A stretch of DNA of 62,855 nt from a bacterium UBP6_UBA1209 (GTDB taxonomy: Bacteria > UBP6 > UBA1177), in assembly GCA_002309575.1 (NCBI GenBank), contig DBXP01000012.1:1-62855 (forward strand). The letters run 5' to 3'. The position numbers and the translations under genes are program-made. Shown piece by piece: positions 28,352 to 37,337 of the stretch; positions within the stretch are counted from its first letter, which is position 1, and the number at the start of each line of letters is the position of its first letter. Below the pieces are notes generated by a model. That model worked only from the letters and a program-made list of their open reading frames with translations. It was not told where the DNA came from and searched no databases.

Positions 28352-28687
28352 ATGGAAGGTTGTTTCAGTTCTGACCTAAAGCCTTTTTACGACCGTTTTT
28401 TCGAGCTCCTTGGTGAGGAGTCGGAGGTCAACGGGAAGTTTGTCGTCAAGGAGGTGATTTATCACTTCGCGATGGTTCAATTCCGCAACACGCACGGTTT
28501 TGGATCCGGCAAAGTTGAGTACAACGAGAAGGTTTTTGAGGAGATCCAGAGCGAATTCGGCAGGATTTTCGAAGAATTCGCCGGTTTTTGCCTCCGGAAG
28601 GGCGGTGACGAAACCTATATCAATTCGGTGATGAGAGAATGGCTGATCGATTTTTCGGAAAAACTGGGGCTAAACGATTTAAATTAG
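28352..28687 (+). CDS. Hypothetical cytoplasmic protein
   Basis: The 111-aa ORF starts 6 nt after the preceding stop. It has no signal peptide and I recognised no family. Confidence 0.45.
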   Translation: MEGCFSSDLKPFYDRFFELLGEESEVNGKFVVKEVIYHFAMVQFRNTHGFGSGKVEYNEKVFEEIQSEFGRIFEEFAGFCLRKGGDETYINSVMREWLIDFSEKLGLNDLN

Positions 28688-29718
28688 CCGTTTTTCTTCT
28701 GCTCTCCCTTCTCTTTCACTCTCTTCTTCTGCTTTTCAAGGTCGATTTGACGGGCGACTCCGATGAGGACGAGCTTGTCTCAATCAAATATTACGACGAT
28801 TCCGCCTTCGCCCAAAGCTCTGAAAAGAGGCTGGAGGAGGCTCTTCCGGAAAAAAAAGATAAGGATGAGCTCAACAAAACCGGCCAAATCGTCGATATCG
28901 CCAAGCCGAAAGTCGAAAAAAAGCCGAGAAAGAGCAGATTCCTTGCGGAATACGACAGCGCGGTCGAGAAGGAGACTACCTCTGATTCCGACCCGAACAT
29001 CACCGAGAGGGGGACCCGCCTGCAAAAGAAGCTCGCGGAAAACATCTCTCAGAAAAATGTCGATGCTGATATCGATTCTCCTGTCGTTTCGGATGAAAGT
29101 GACCGCCTGAACGATGCCGAAAAGACTCTCGAAAAATTCAAAAAGGGGGTCATGAAGGGTTTCGACGGAACTGACGGCAAGCTTGCAGCCGGCGAAGAGA
29201 AGGAGGTGGCAGGGAAGCTTACCGGCGAGGATGAAATCGACCGCACGGGTTCGACTTTTGTCGGCGGTAGAAGGATCCCGAAGCGCTACCTCCCGTACTT
29301 CAACGGCACCGACATGGCGCTGATGACGCCTTCAAGCGACTTCCTGGAGGATGTAAAGCGCGGAAACGAGACCTATCTGAACACGAAAAAGTTTCTCTAC
29401 GCGGCATACTTCAACAAGATGAAGCAGGCTGTTTCCAGGAACTGGTCGCCGGGTGCGGTGATGCTGATCAACAATCCCGGAGGCAAAATCTACGGCAGAG
29501 AGGACCGCTTTACAAAGCTTCTGGTCCACATTTCTGCCAAGGGCGAGCTTGTGAGCGCAAAGGTAATTACCAGCAGCGGTGCCGATTTTCTGGACAAGGA
29601 GGCTATCAACGCTTTCAAAATGGCGGCTCCCTTTTCTCCGCCGCCCGAGATTCTGCTGAATGAAAAAAAACTTTTGGAGATTCGTTTCGGATTTATGGTG
29701 ACGACAAGCAATGAGTGA
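28639..29718 (+). CDS. TonB C-terminal-domain protein (energy-transducer-like)
   Basis: It has an N-terminal TM (LAVFLLLSLLFHSLLLLF), a long charged K/E/D linker, and a C-terminal ~90 aa resembling TonB_C (YFNKMKQAVSRNW...LVHISAKGELVSAKVITSSGADFLDKEAINAFKMAAPFSPPP). Confidence 0.6.
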   Translation: MADRFFGKTGAKRFKLAVFLLLSLLFHSLLLLFKVDLTGDSDEDELVSIKYYDDSAFAQSSEKRLEEALPEKKDKDELNKTGQIVDIAKPKVEKKPRKSRFLAEYDSAVEKETTSDSDPNITERGTRLQKKLAENISQKNVDADIDSPVVSDESDRLNDAEKTLEKFKKGVMKGFDGTDGKLAAGEEKEVAGKLTGEDEIDRTGSTFVGGRRIPKRYLPYFNGTDMALMTPSSDFLEDVKRGNETYLNTKKFLYAAYFNKMKQAVSRNWSPGAVMLINNPGGKIYGREDRFTKLLVHISAKGELVSAKVITSSGADFLDKEAINAFKMAAPFSPPPEILLNEKKLLEIRFGFMVTTSNE

Positions 29719-30382
29719 GAAGTGTATCGTTTTATTCAGCGGCGGACTGGATTCAACTACGGTCCTGGCATATGCGCTTAGCCAGGGTTATGATGTCTGG
29801 CCGCTTACATTTTTGTACGGGCAGCGGCATGAAGTCGAGGTCGCGAAATCAGAAAAAACGTTGGAAAAATACGGGCTTACAGAGCGAAGGCGAATCTTCA
29901 GGATGGATCTTTCGCTCTATTCGAAGTGTTCGCTCACAAACAGCGAGCTGGAGATCCCGGAATACGATCCGTCGCATATCCCGACGACTTACGTTCCTGC
30001 CCGCAACATAATTTTTCTTTCGATCGCGACAGGTTATGCAGAGACGATCGGTGCAAAAAAGATCTTTATCGGGGTAAATTCAGTCGATTATTCCGGCTAT
30101 CCCGACTGCCGTCCGGAGTTTATCGAGGCATTCAACAAGACGATCTCGGTCGGTACGAAACAGGGCTGCGAATCAAAAATAGAGGTCGTTTCGCCCATTA
30201 TGAGGATGTCAAAGTGCGAGATCATCAGGCTCGGCACCTCTCTCGGCGTCGATTATTCGCTCACACACAGCTGCTATGATCCGACTCCGGAGGGGCTCTC
30301 ATGCGGTGTCTGCGACAGCTGCCGGCTTCGTCTTGAGGGATTCCGCCAGGCCGGTCTGACCGATCCGGTGAAATATCGTTAA
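29711..30382 (+). CDS. queC: 7-cyano-7-deazaguanine synthase
   Basis: It has the PP-loop (VLFSGGLDSTT), YVPARN, and the Zn-binding tail SCY...CGVCDSCRLR. Confidence 0.93.
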   Translation: MSEKCIVLFSGGLDSTTVLAYALSQGYDVWPLTFLYGQRHEVEVAKSEKTLEKYGLTERRRIFRMDLSLYSKCSLTNSELEIPEYDPSHIPTTYVPARNIIFLSIATGYAETIGAKKIFIGVNSVDYSGYPDCRPEFIEAFNKTISVGTKQGCESKIEVVSPIMRMSKCEIIRLGTSLGVDYSLTHSCYDPTPEGLSCGVCDSCRLRLEGFRQAGLTDPVKYR

Positions 30383-30517
30383 TACCGCCGCGCACCTTTT
30401 TGATGTTACGTCGTCACGTCGTTTCGGCGTTACGATGAAAGTGGCGCCGCAACAAAACTTGTTTTATTTCCGATATTATTTAAACTCCCGCCGTTGATCT
30501 TTTTTTGGGAGGAAAAA

Positions 30518-31645
30518 ATGAAAAAATTTCTTATCGTAACATTTGCTTTGGCTATCGCCTTTTTTGCAACGGCTTGCGGCGGAAACAGTACTCACACCGG
30601 CGATTCCGAACCGGATTCGGAGCCTGCGGATGGGGAACTGTCAAATGACACTGACCAGGCAGAGGAGCCAGCGGAAACTGATGAAGAACCATCGGACGGT
30701 CCTGATGAGAACACGACTCCTGAGAACTTCAACCCTGAAAATCCGGGCTATTTCGTTGAATTTATAATTGCCGACATAAATATGGCAAACCAGCCTCAGA
30801 CCTTGGCTACCGGCTATTTCATGAAGGCGGCCAGAGAGGATCTCAACCCGCACGCCGGAGTCGATGAATCGACGTTTGACACCTGCACCTTCGGCGAGTC
30901 GGTCGAAAACGTTCCTCAGTGCACTTCAAAGGCTGACTGCGCTCCGGAGCAGGACTGCGTTCCTGAATACGACAGCAACAGCGGTCAGGCTATCGCAAAC
31001 AGCGAGCACTGCGAAACTCCCGGCAGAGAGTCGCTTGATGTCGGTCCGGTCATGGTTTCAGGCTTCAACGGCGGTCCCTATCAGTTTGCATACGAACCCG
31101 GCGATCAGGCTTACAAGCTCAACGGGACCGGCGACGGTTCGATCCCGGCGGATATGATCGCTTACGGTGTCGACTATACGATCACCGGTGAAAATATGCT
31201 TCCGGATGATCTGGATTCACTTTCGGCGACCTTCACGATGCCGCCATCATTCGCTATCGTAGAGCCTGCTCCGCAGCCCAATACAAGCGGTGGTTTCGGC
31301 GACATCATCAACGTGACTCCGGGTGAGCCGCTTACGCTTAAATGGGCTGGAAACAACGGTCAGGGTTATATCGACGTCAACTTTATGGTTATGAAGAGCC
31401 TTATGGAACAGGTGGCGATCACATGCAGAATGGTCGATGACGGCGAGTTTACCGTCCCGGCTGAGTTCACGACCGAGATGCGCCTTTCCGAGGCTGATTC
31501 AAGTAATCCGTTCGGCGAGATGCTCGGTATGATGAACATGATCACAGTAAACCGCCATGTCGAAGCCAGGATCACCGGCAAGGGGATCACGGCAGGAACC
31601 TTCTCCGCCGAGCAGATGGTCCTCTACACCCTTGGTAACAACTAG
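30518..31645 (+). CDS. Hypothetical lipoprotein with acidic N-terminal linker
   Basis: I chose the start at 30518 (GGGAGG RBS). It has a lipobox (FFATACGG) followed by a D/E/P/S-rich linker (GDSEPDSEPADGELSNDTDQAEEPAETDEEPSDGPDE). I recognised no family. Confidence 0.65.
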   Translation: MKKFLIVTFALAIAFFATACGGNSTHTGDSEPDSEPADGELSNDTDQAEEPAETDEEPSDGPDENTTPENFNPENPGYFVEFIIADINMANQPQTLATGYFMKAAREDLNPHAGVDESTFDTCTFGESVENVPQCTSKADCAPEQDCVPEYDSNSGQAIANSEHCETPGRESLDVGPVMVSGFNGGPYQFAYEPGDQAYKLNGTGDGSIPADMIAYGVDYTITGENMLPDDLDSLSATFTMPPSFAIVEPAPQPNTSGGFGDIINVTPGEPLTLKWAGNNGQGYIDVNFMVMKSLMEQVAITCRMVDDGEFTVPAEFTTEMRLSEADSSNPFGEMLGMMNMITVNRHVEARITGKGITAGTFSAEQMVLYTLGNN

Positions 31646-31698
31646 TGAGTCTGAATTAGATAACTGTTCTTAATCATTAAAATTTTTCTTAAAACATT

Positions 31699-32253
31699 GT
31701 GAAGCTGAAGATCATTGAAATATCAGACGAGCTCTCTCTGAAACCACTTGAGGAGGGTGATGAAAAGCATATTTTCGCTGCATTGGATTCTGAACGCAGA
31801 TACTTCGGCGAATGGCTTCCGTTTGTTGAATTTACGAAGAGCGAAAGCGATTCACGCGACTTTGTGAAGTCAGTTGTTTCGATGCCCGAGGCCTTTTACG
31901 AGCCGGTCTTTACGGTTTGGTACAAGTCTGAATTTGCAGGGCTCGCCGGCTTCAAGGGAACCGATTTCTTCAACAAAAAGAGCGAAATAGGCTACTGGCT
32001 GTGCGAGGAGTTCCAGAAAAAGGGGATCATGACCCGTTCGGTGGCGGCGCTTCTGCGTTTTGCCTTTGAAGAGCGCGGGATCAACCGGATCCAGATCAAG
32101 GTGGCTCCTGAAAATCTTCGGAGCCGCAGGATCCCGGAGCGTCTCGGTTTCAAGTTCGAGGGGATAGAACGCGACAGCGAGCTTGTAAAGGGTGATCTCT
32201 TCCGTGACGCTGCAGTCTACAGTATGCTGAAACGGGAATTTGTCCTTAAATAG
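31699..32253 (+). CDS. GNAT-family N-acetyltransferase (RimJ/RimL-like)
   Basis: The pattern IGYWLCEEFQKKGIMTRSVAALLRFAFEERGINRIQIKVAPENLRSRRIPERLGFKFEG is typical of Acetyltransf_3/RimJ. The start is GTG with no clear RBS. Confidence 0.8.
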   Translation: MKLKIIEISDELSLKPLEEGDEKHIFAALDSERRYFGEWLPFVEFTKSESDSRDFVKSVVSMPEAFYEPVFTVWYKSEFAGLAGFKGTDFFNKKSEIGYWLCEEFQKKGIMTRSVAALLRFAFEERGINRIQIKVAPENLRSRRIPERLGFKFEGIERDSELVKGDLFRDAAVYSMLKREFVLK

Positions 32254-32256
32254 AGA

Positions 32257-33000
32257 TTATTTCTTCGGTTCTTCTGCCTGAGGAGCCTTTTTGAACGATA
32301 TGAGTTCGACTTCGAAAATGAGTGTTTCGTTCGGTTCGATCGGACCAGCGCCGCGCTCGCCGTATGCAAGTTCGCCGGGGATGAAGAGTTTGAACTTTGC
32401 GCCCTTGTTCATGAGCTGAACGCCCTCTGTCCAACCTTTGATCACGCCGTTGAGCGGGAACTTGATCGGCTCGTTGCGCTTGTAGGAGCTGTCGAATTCG
32501 GTGCCGTCGAGGTGTGTTCCTGCATAGTGGACCTGTACGATGTCCGTAGGACCCGGGTTCGGGCCTTCGCCCTCCTTCTCAACGATGTACTGAAGACCGG
32601 ACTCGGTGGTTTTTACACCCTCTTTTGTCTTGTTTTCAGCAAGGAATTTATCGCCCTTTTCCTTGTTGGCTGCAGCCTTCTTGGCAAGTTCGGCCTGCAT
32701 CTTTTCGATCATTTTTGTCTGAAATTCCTGAAGTGCGGTGTTGACCTCCTCCTCGTTCAAAAGAGGAGCTTCGCTCTTGTACGATGCCGAGAATCCTGCG
32801 ATGAATGCATCAAGATCGAAATCAAAATCTCTCTCTCTCAGGTTCTTGGCAACGTCGGTCCCGAGTGCATAACCGTACTTTGCGGATTCGTTCGAGAGTT
32901 TTTCTTTAGTAAATCCGGAACTCTGGCAGTTCGAAACATCGCCGCAGGCAGCAAATACGAGCGCTGCCGACGCAACTACCGCGAAAAGGACTTTTTTCAT
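32257..33000 (-). CDS. FKBP-type peptidyl-prolyl isomerase lipoprotein (FkpA/Mip-like)
   Basis: I chose the start at 33000 ([27 protein letters not shown]) rather than the ORF-track 33123. The FKBP_C core is [19 protein letters not shown]...[13 protein letters not shown]...LAYGERG. Confidence 0.9.
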   Translation of the reverse strand: MKKVLFAVVASAALVFAACGDVSNCQSSGFTKEKLSNESAKYGYALGTDVAKNLRERDFDFDLDAFIAGFSASYKSEAPLLNEEEVNTALQEFQTKMIEKMQAELAKKAAANKEKGDKFLAENKTKEGVKTTESGLQYIVEKEGEGPNPGPTDIVQVHYAGTHLDGTEFDSSYKRNEPIKFPLNGVIKGWTEGVQLMNKGAKFKLFIPGELAYGERGAGPIEPNETLIFEVELISFKKAPQAEEPKK

Positions 33001-33154
33001 TTTGTACTCCATAAAAAAAGAATTAATAAGCGTGAGAAGGTAACCAAAACCGGACAGATTGCAACCAGAAACGACAATAATCAAATAGTTTTTTACATTT
33101 TTGTTCCGGGAATTAAGATGCACTGTTTTTTGAGTTATTTTGAGGGAGACTGAT

Positions 33155-34618
33155 ATGAACGAAAAGAGAGTCAGAACAAGATTCGCGCCGAGTCCGACGG
33201 GCTACATGCATGTCGGAAACCTCAGGACCGCGCTCTATGCGTGGCTGATCGCCAGGAAGTACAACGGGACATTCGTGCTCCGCATAGAGGACACCGACCA
33301 GGAGCGCAAGGTCGAAGGCGCAGTCGACCTGATCTACAGGACGCTGGCCGAGACAGGGCTTACGCACGACGAGGGGCCGGATATCGGCGGCGATTTCGGA
33401 CCTTATGTCCAGAGCGAGCGAATGGCCGCGGGGATCTACATGAAATATGCCGAGGAGCTGATCGAAAAGGGATTTGCATACCGCTGTTTCTGCACGAAGG
33501 AGCGTCTTGACGAGCTTCACAAAGAGTGCGAGGAGCACCATCTGCAGACAAAATATGACAGGAAGTGTCTCAATCTGACGAAGGAGGAGATCCAGAAAAA
33601 TCTCGATGCCGGGGTTCCGTATGTCATCCGCCAGAAGATGCCGGATACCGGCGTGACGGGCTTCCACGATGAGGTCTACGGGGATATCGAGGTCGAAAAT
33701 TCGACGATGGACGACCTTATCCTCATCAAATCGGACGGCTATCCGACCTACAACTTTGCCAACGTCATCGACGACCACCTTATGGGGATCACGCATGTCG
33801 TCCGCGGCAGCGAGTATCTCATTTCGACGCCGAAGTACAACCTGCTTTACGATGCTTTCGGCTGGGAAAAGCCGGTCTATGTCCACGTTTCTCCCGTTAT
33901 GAGAGACGCTCAGCGCAAGCTTTCGAAGCGTGACGGTGATGCGAGCTACGCCGATTTCATCAATAAGGGGTGCCTGAAGGAGGCTCTTCTCAACTACATC
34001 GCGCTCCTTGGCTGGAATCCGGGCGACGACCGCGAGAAGTTTACGCTTTCAGAGCTTGTCGAGGCGTTTGACATCTCGAGGATCAACAAGTCTCCCGCGA
34101 TTTTCGACGAGGCGAAGCTGCGCTGGCTGAACAGCGAATATATCCGCGAAATGAGCCAGGAGGAGTTCCTCAAAAATGCGATGCCCTTCATCAAAAAGGC
34201 TGTGAAGCGCGAGGATGTGAACTTCGACGTTATTGCCGCCGGACTTCACAAGAGGACCGAATACTTCAGCGATGTTATTCCCCAGCTCGACTTTGTCGAC
34301 GAGCTGCCGGAGTACACGAAGGAGCTCTACATCAGCAAAAAGATGAAGACAGACCCGGAAAATTCGCTCCAGGCTCTGAAGGTCCTGAAGCCCGAGCTCG
34401 AGGCTTTTGACGAGTGGGAGCACGAAAAGCTTTACTACAAGGTCCTGGATATCGCCGAAAAGAGCGGGATCAACAAGAAAGTCCTGCTCTGGTCTCTGCG
34501 TGTCGCGCTCAGCGGAAAGGAGCTGACTCCCGGCGGCGGGACCGACATCGCAGCGATAATCGGCAAGGCCGAGTCGCTGAAACGGCTCGAAAAGGGTATT
34601 GAGATTCTATCGGCTTAA
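33155..34618 (+). CDS. gltX: Glutamyl-tRNA synthetase
   Basis: [22 protein letters not shown] carries the HIGH motif and KLSKRDG is the KMSKS-type motif. I chose the start at 33155 (GAGGGAG RBS). Confidence 0.96.
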   Translation: MNEKRVRTRFAPSPTGYMHVGNLRTALYAWLIARKYNGTFVLRIEDTDQERKVEGAVDLIYRTLAETGLTHDEGPDIGGDFGPYVQSERMAAGIYMKYAEELIEKGFAYRCFCTKERLDELHKECEEHHLQTKYDRKCLNLTKEEIQKNLDAGVPYVIRQKMPDTGVTGFHDEVYGDIEVENSTMDDLILIKSDGYPTYNFANVIDDHLMGITHVVRGSEYLISTPKYNLLYDAFGWEKPVYVHVSPVMRDAQRKLSKRDGDASYADFINKGCLKEALLNYIALLGWNPGDDREKFTLSELVEAFDISRINKSPAIFDEAKLRWLNSEYIREMSQEEFLKNAMPFIKKAVKREDVNFDVIAAGLHKRTEYFSDVIPQLDFVDELPEYTKELYISKKMKTDPENSLQALKVLKPELEAFDEWEHEKLYYKVLDIAEKSGINKKVLLWSLRVALSGKELTPGGGTDIAAIIGKAESLKRLEKGIEILSA

Positions 34619-34673
34619 ACTTTGAAAATGGCGCTGTATTCCTATAATGCGGCGTTTTTAAGGAGGTGAATAG

Positions 34674-35558
34674 ATGGCAGAAGAGAAAAAATCGGCGTGC
34701 GCTACCTGTTCAAGCAAGACGTGCAGCGCCAAGAACAGGCACGAAAACGAGAACGACGAGCAGTTTGTCACAAGGCAGCAAATCGCTGAAAACCTGTGCA
34801 AAATCAAACACAAAGTAATTGTTATGTCAGGAAAGGGCGGCGTAGGAAAGAGCTCGGTCGCGGTGAATATCGCGATGTCGCTTTCGCTCGACGGCAAAAA
34901 TGTCGGCCTTCTTGATATCGACCTTCACGGTCCGAGTGTCCCGACGATGTTCGGGCTCACCGACGCCAAGATCGTCTCGAAAGACAACAAGCTTGTTCCG
35001 ATAACATTCGGAGGGCTTAAAATCATGTCGGTCGGTTTTTTCCTGCCCGACAGAGACGATGCCATAATCTGGCGCGGACCTTTGAAACACGCCATGATCC
35101 AGCAGTTTTTCAAGGATGTCGACTGGGGGACCCTCGATTATCTCATCATTGATTCGCCTCCCGGAACCGGCGACGAGCTCCTTTCGCTTGTCAGCACGGT
35201 CAGTGATCTGACGGGCGCTGTTCTTGTGACGACTCCTCAGGAGGTCGCGGCTGCCGATGTCAGAAAATCGGTGACATTCTGCGAGAAGGCTAACGTCAGA
35301 GTCCTCGGGATCGTTGAAAATATGAGCGGCTATGCCTGCCCGCACTGCGGTGAGATCACGCAGATCTTCAAAGTCGGCGCTGGTCAGAAAATTGCCGAAA
35401 AATACGGTTTCCCTCTTCTCGGAAAGATTCCGATCGACCCCGCTATCGGAGACTCTGGTGACAGCGGTGTCCCCTTTGTTTATGCAGACAATCATTCGGC
35501 TTCGGCTAAGGAGATCGAGTCGATTACCAATAAAGTGATAACTATATGCGAGCAGTGA
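34674..35558 (+). CDS. apbC: Mrp/NBP35-family Fe-S cluster carrier ATPase
   Basis: It has the deviant Walker A (VMSGKGGVGKSS), DSPPGTGDE and GIVENMSGYACPHCGE (CxxC). The short Cys-containing N-terminus is CATCSSKTCS. Confidence 0.9.
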   Translation: MAEEKKSACATCSSKTCSAKNRHENENDEQFVTRQQIAENLCKIKHKVIVMSGKGGVGKSSVAVNIAMSLSLDGKNVGLLDIDLHGPSVPTMFGLTDAKIVSKDNKLVPITFGGLKIMSVGFFLPDRDDAIIWRGPLKHAMIQQFFKDVDWGTLDYLIIDSPPGTGDELLSLVSTVSDLTGAVLVTTPQEVAAADVRKSVTFCEKANVRVLGIVENMSGYACPHCGEITQIFKVGAGQKIAEKYGFPLLGKIPIDPAIGDSGDSGVPFVYADNHSASAKEIESITNKVITICEQ

Positions 35559-36505
35559 AAGTAATATTTTCAATCAGTCATATTCTTTTTATCGTTTTTG
35601 CCATTTCGGTTTCCTTTCTCTCCTGCAGCAGCGGGAAGACGGAGCCGGAGAGCTCTGTTCTGCAGGTCACGGTCAGTATCCCGCCTCAGGCCTTCATCGT
35701 TAAAAATATAGGCCGCGAAAAGGTCTCGGTTTCAGTCATGATGCCGCCGACAGCGAGTCCTGAAACCTACGAACCGGGACCGGCAAGGATGGCGGAGCTG
35801 AAAAATTCGGCGGTCTACTTCACGCTGGATGTTCCCTTCGAGGATGCATTTATCGGAAAGGTGAAAGGTGAATATCCGAATGTCAGGTTTGCGGAGATGC
35901 GCAAAAACATTCAGCTTTTGAAGATGGCCGGACACCATCACCATCATGAGGCAGAAGAGCGCGAAGAACACCGCGGGCATCACCATCACGATGGCGAGGA
36001 GGATCCGCACGTCTGGCTGGACCCGGTGAATCTCAAAATCATGGCGGACAACTGCGCTGAGGTCCTGATCGCGGCTGACCCCGGAAACGCCGGGAGTTAC
36101 CGTGCCAATCTGGCCGATCTGAAGAACCGTCTCGATGCTCTGCACGAGAAGCTGAAAAACGAGCTCGCCGGTTCGGAGGGAAAGGCGTTTATGATCTACC
36201 ATCCGTCGTGGGGCTACTTTGCGAACAGGTTCGGTCTCAGACAGGTCGCTGTCGAGGTCGATGGCAAGGAACCGAGTGCGGCTGAGATGGCTAAGATAGT
36301 TGATTTTATTAAAGAAAACAATGTAAAACAGATCCTTTCGCAGGTCCAGTCTCCTGAATTTGTAGTCCGCTCGATCGCAGAGGCAAATTCCGTGCAGATC
36401 CACGCGCTTGACCCGCTGAAGGAGGATGTCGTCGAAAATCTGCTTGACGCGGCGGCGGAGATAAAAAATTCGCTGGTCACACTTCATGAAACGGAGAAAA
36501 AATGA
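35546..36505 (+). CDS. ZnuA/TroA-family metal-binding lipoprotein with His-rich loop
   Basis: It has a lipobox (VSFLSCSS), cluster-9 SBP motifs (EPGPARMAELKNSAVYF, DPHVWLDP, YHPSWGYF) and a loop GHHHHHEAEEREEHRGHHHHDGEED. An alternative GTG start at 35555 would give a GTGA overlap. Confidence 0.8.
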   Translation: MRAVKVIFSISHILFIVFAISVSFLSCSSGKTEPESSVLQVTVSIPPQAFIVKNIGREKVSVSVMMPPTASPETYEPGPARMAELKNSAVYFTLDVPFEDAFIGKVKGEYPNVRFAEMRKNIQLLKMAGHHHHHEAEEREEHRGHHHHDGEEDPHVWLDPVNLKIMADNCAEVLIAADPGNAGSYRANLADLKNRLDALHEKLKNELAGSEGKAFMIYHPSWGYFANRFGLRQVAVEVDGKEPSAAEMAKIVDFIKENNVKQILSQVQSPEFVVRSIAEANSVQIHALDPLKEDVVENLLDAAAEIKNSLVTLHETEKK

Positions 36506-37335
36506 AAAAATTCACGCTTTTGCTTTTAGTTTCGGCATCGCTTTTCTACTTTGCGGCATGCGGAGATTCAAAAAAGGATGATTCGCCTGCAACTGATTCA
36601 GATACCGCTCCGGCGGCTGATTCCGATCAGCTTTCTCCGTCTGATGACGAGCCGGAAGACGACGGCGATCCCGATGATGTAGACGACACGCCGGATCCGG
36701 ACGCCGCTGAACCGCAGGATTCCGATCCTGTTTCGGACGACGAGCCTGAACCCGACGACGGTTGCGTCGAGCTTGATGTGCCTACGATCACAAGTGCCGG
36801 ATATTACGACGAAATCAACGGCTTCTTCTCGCCGGCTATGGGTGACAGCACGGTCGATATCGTCAAAATTTTCCTGATGGACACAAATCCGCAGACTGAA
36901 GAGTACGATATCGAACCCGGAACTTACGATCTGGGAAGCTATCCGAATTCCGCCTATGCGACCTGCCTGCAGTGCGTCATGGTCTGGATCGATGTGGCGC
37001 TGGGAGAGCCTGCCGAGGCATATTTCCAGACCGAAGGGTCGCTTACGGTAACGGCGGTCGCAGGCGGTGACAGGGATACCAGAACAGACGGATATATCGA
37101 GAATGTAAAGCTTGTGAAAGCTGAATTTCCGGGTTTCACGCCCATTCCGGAGGCTGCCGGGTGCATACGGATCCCCTACGCCGACTGGTCGCTGACCTCG
37201 ACTGTAGCTGTGCCGGATTCCGATGTTATGCCGGATGAGGATTCCGAACCTCTCCCAGCTCCCGATGCCGAGCCTGACGCAGAACCCGACACCGACGCTT
37301 CGGAAAACGATACAGACTCTGAGCCAGACGAATAG
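36502..37335 (+). CDS. Hypothetical acidic lipoprotein
   Basis: It has a lipobox (LFYFAACG) and D/P/S/E-rich low-complexity regions at both ends. It has an ATGA overlap with the upstream stop and a GGAGA RBS. Confidence 0.65.
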   Translation: MKKFTLLLLVSASLFYFAACGDSKKDDSPATDSDTAPAADSDQLSPSDDEPEDDGDPDDVDDTPDPDAAEPQDSDPVSDDEPEPDDGCVELDVPTITSAGYYDEINGFFSPAMGDSTVDIVKIFLMDTNPQTEEYDIEPGTYDLGSYPNSAYATCLQCVMVWIDVALGEPAEAYFQTEGSLTVTAVAGGDRDTRTDGYIENVKLVKAEFPGFTPIPEAAGCIRIPYADWSLTSTVAVPDSDVMPDEDSEPLPAPDAEPDAEPDTDASENDTDSEPDE

Positions 37336-37337
37336 AA

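Noticed and set aside
29600-29720. A possible preQ1 riboswitch upstream of queC, and likewise upstream of queE at 16037.
   Set aside because: Neither gene has any non-coding leader. queC overlaps the upstream TonB-like gene by 8 nt, and queE starts 1 nt after the ftcD stop.
33001-33154. A possible T-box or other leader RNA upstream of gltX in the 154-bp divergent region.
   Set aside because: The region is too short for a T-box. I saw no specifier-loop or T-box consensus (AGGGUGGNACCGCG-like) and no terminator/antiterminator pair.
35930-35990. HHHHH and HHHH runs that could suggest a His-tag or cloning-vector artefact.
   Set aside because: The runs sit in the middle of the protein, at the position of the natural His-rich loop of ZnuA-family binding proteins, and are flanked by native acidic residues. 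No vector-like sequence is present.
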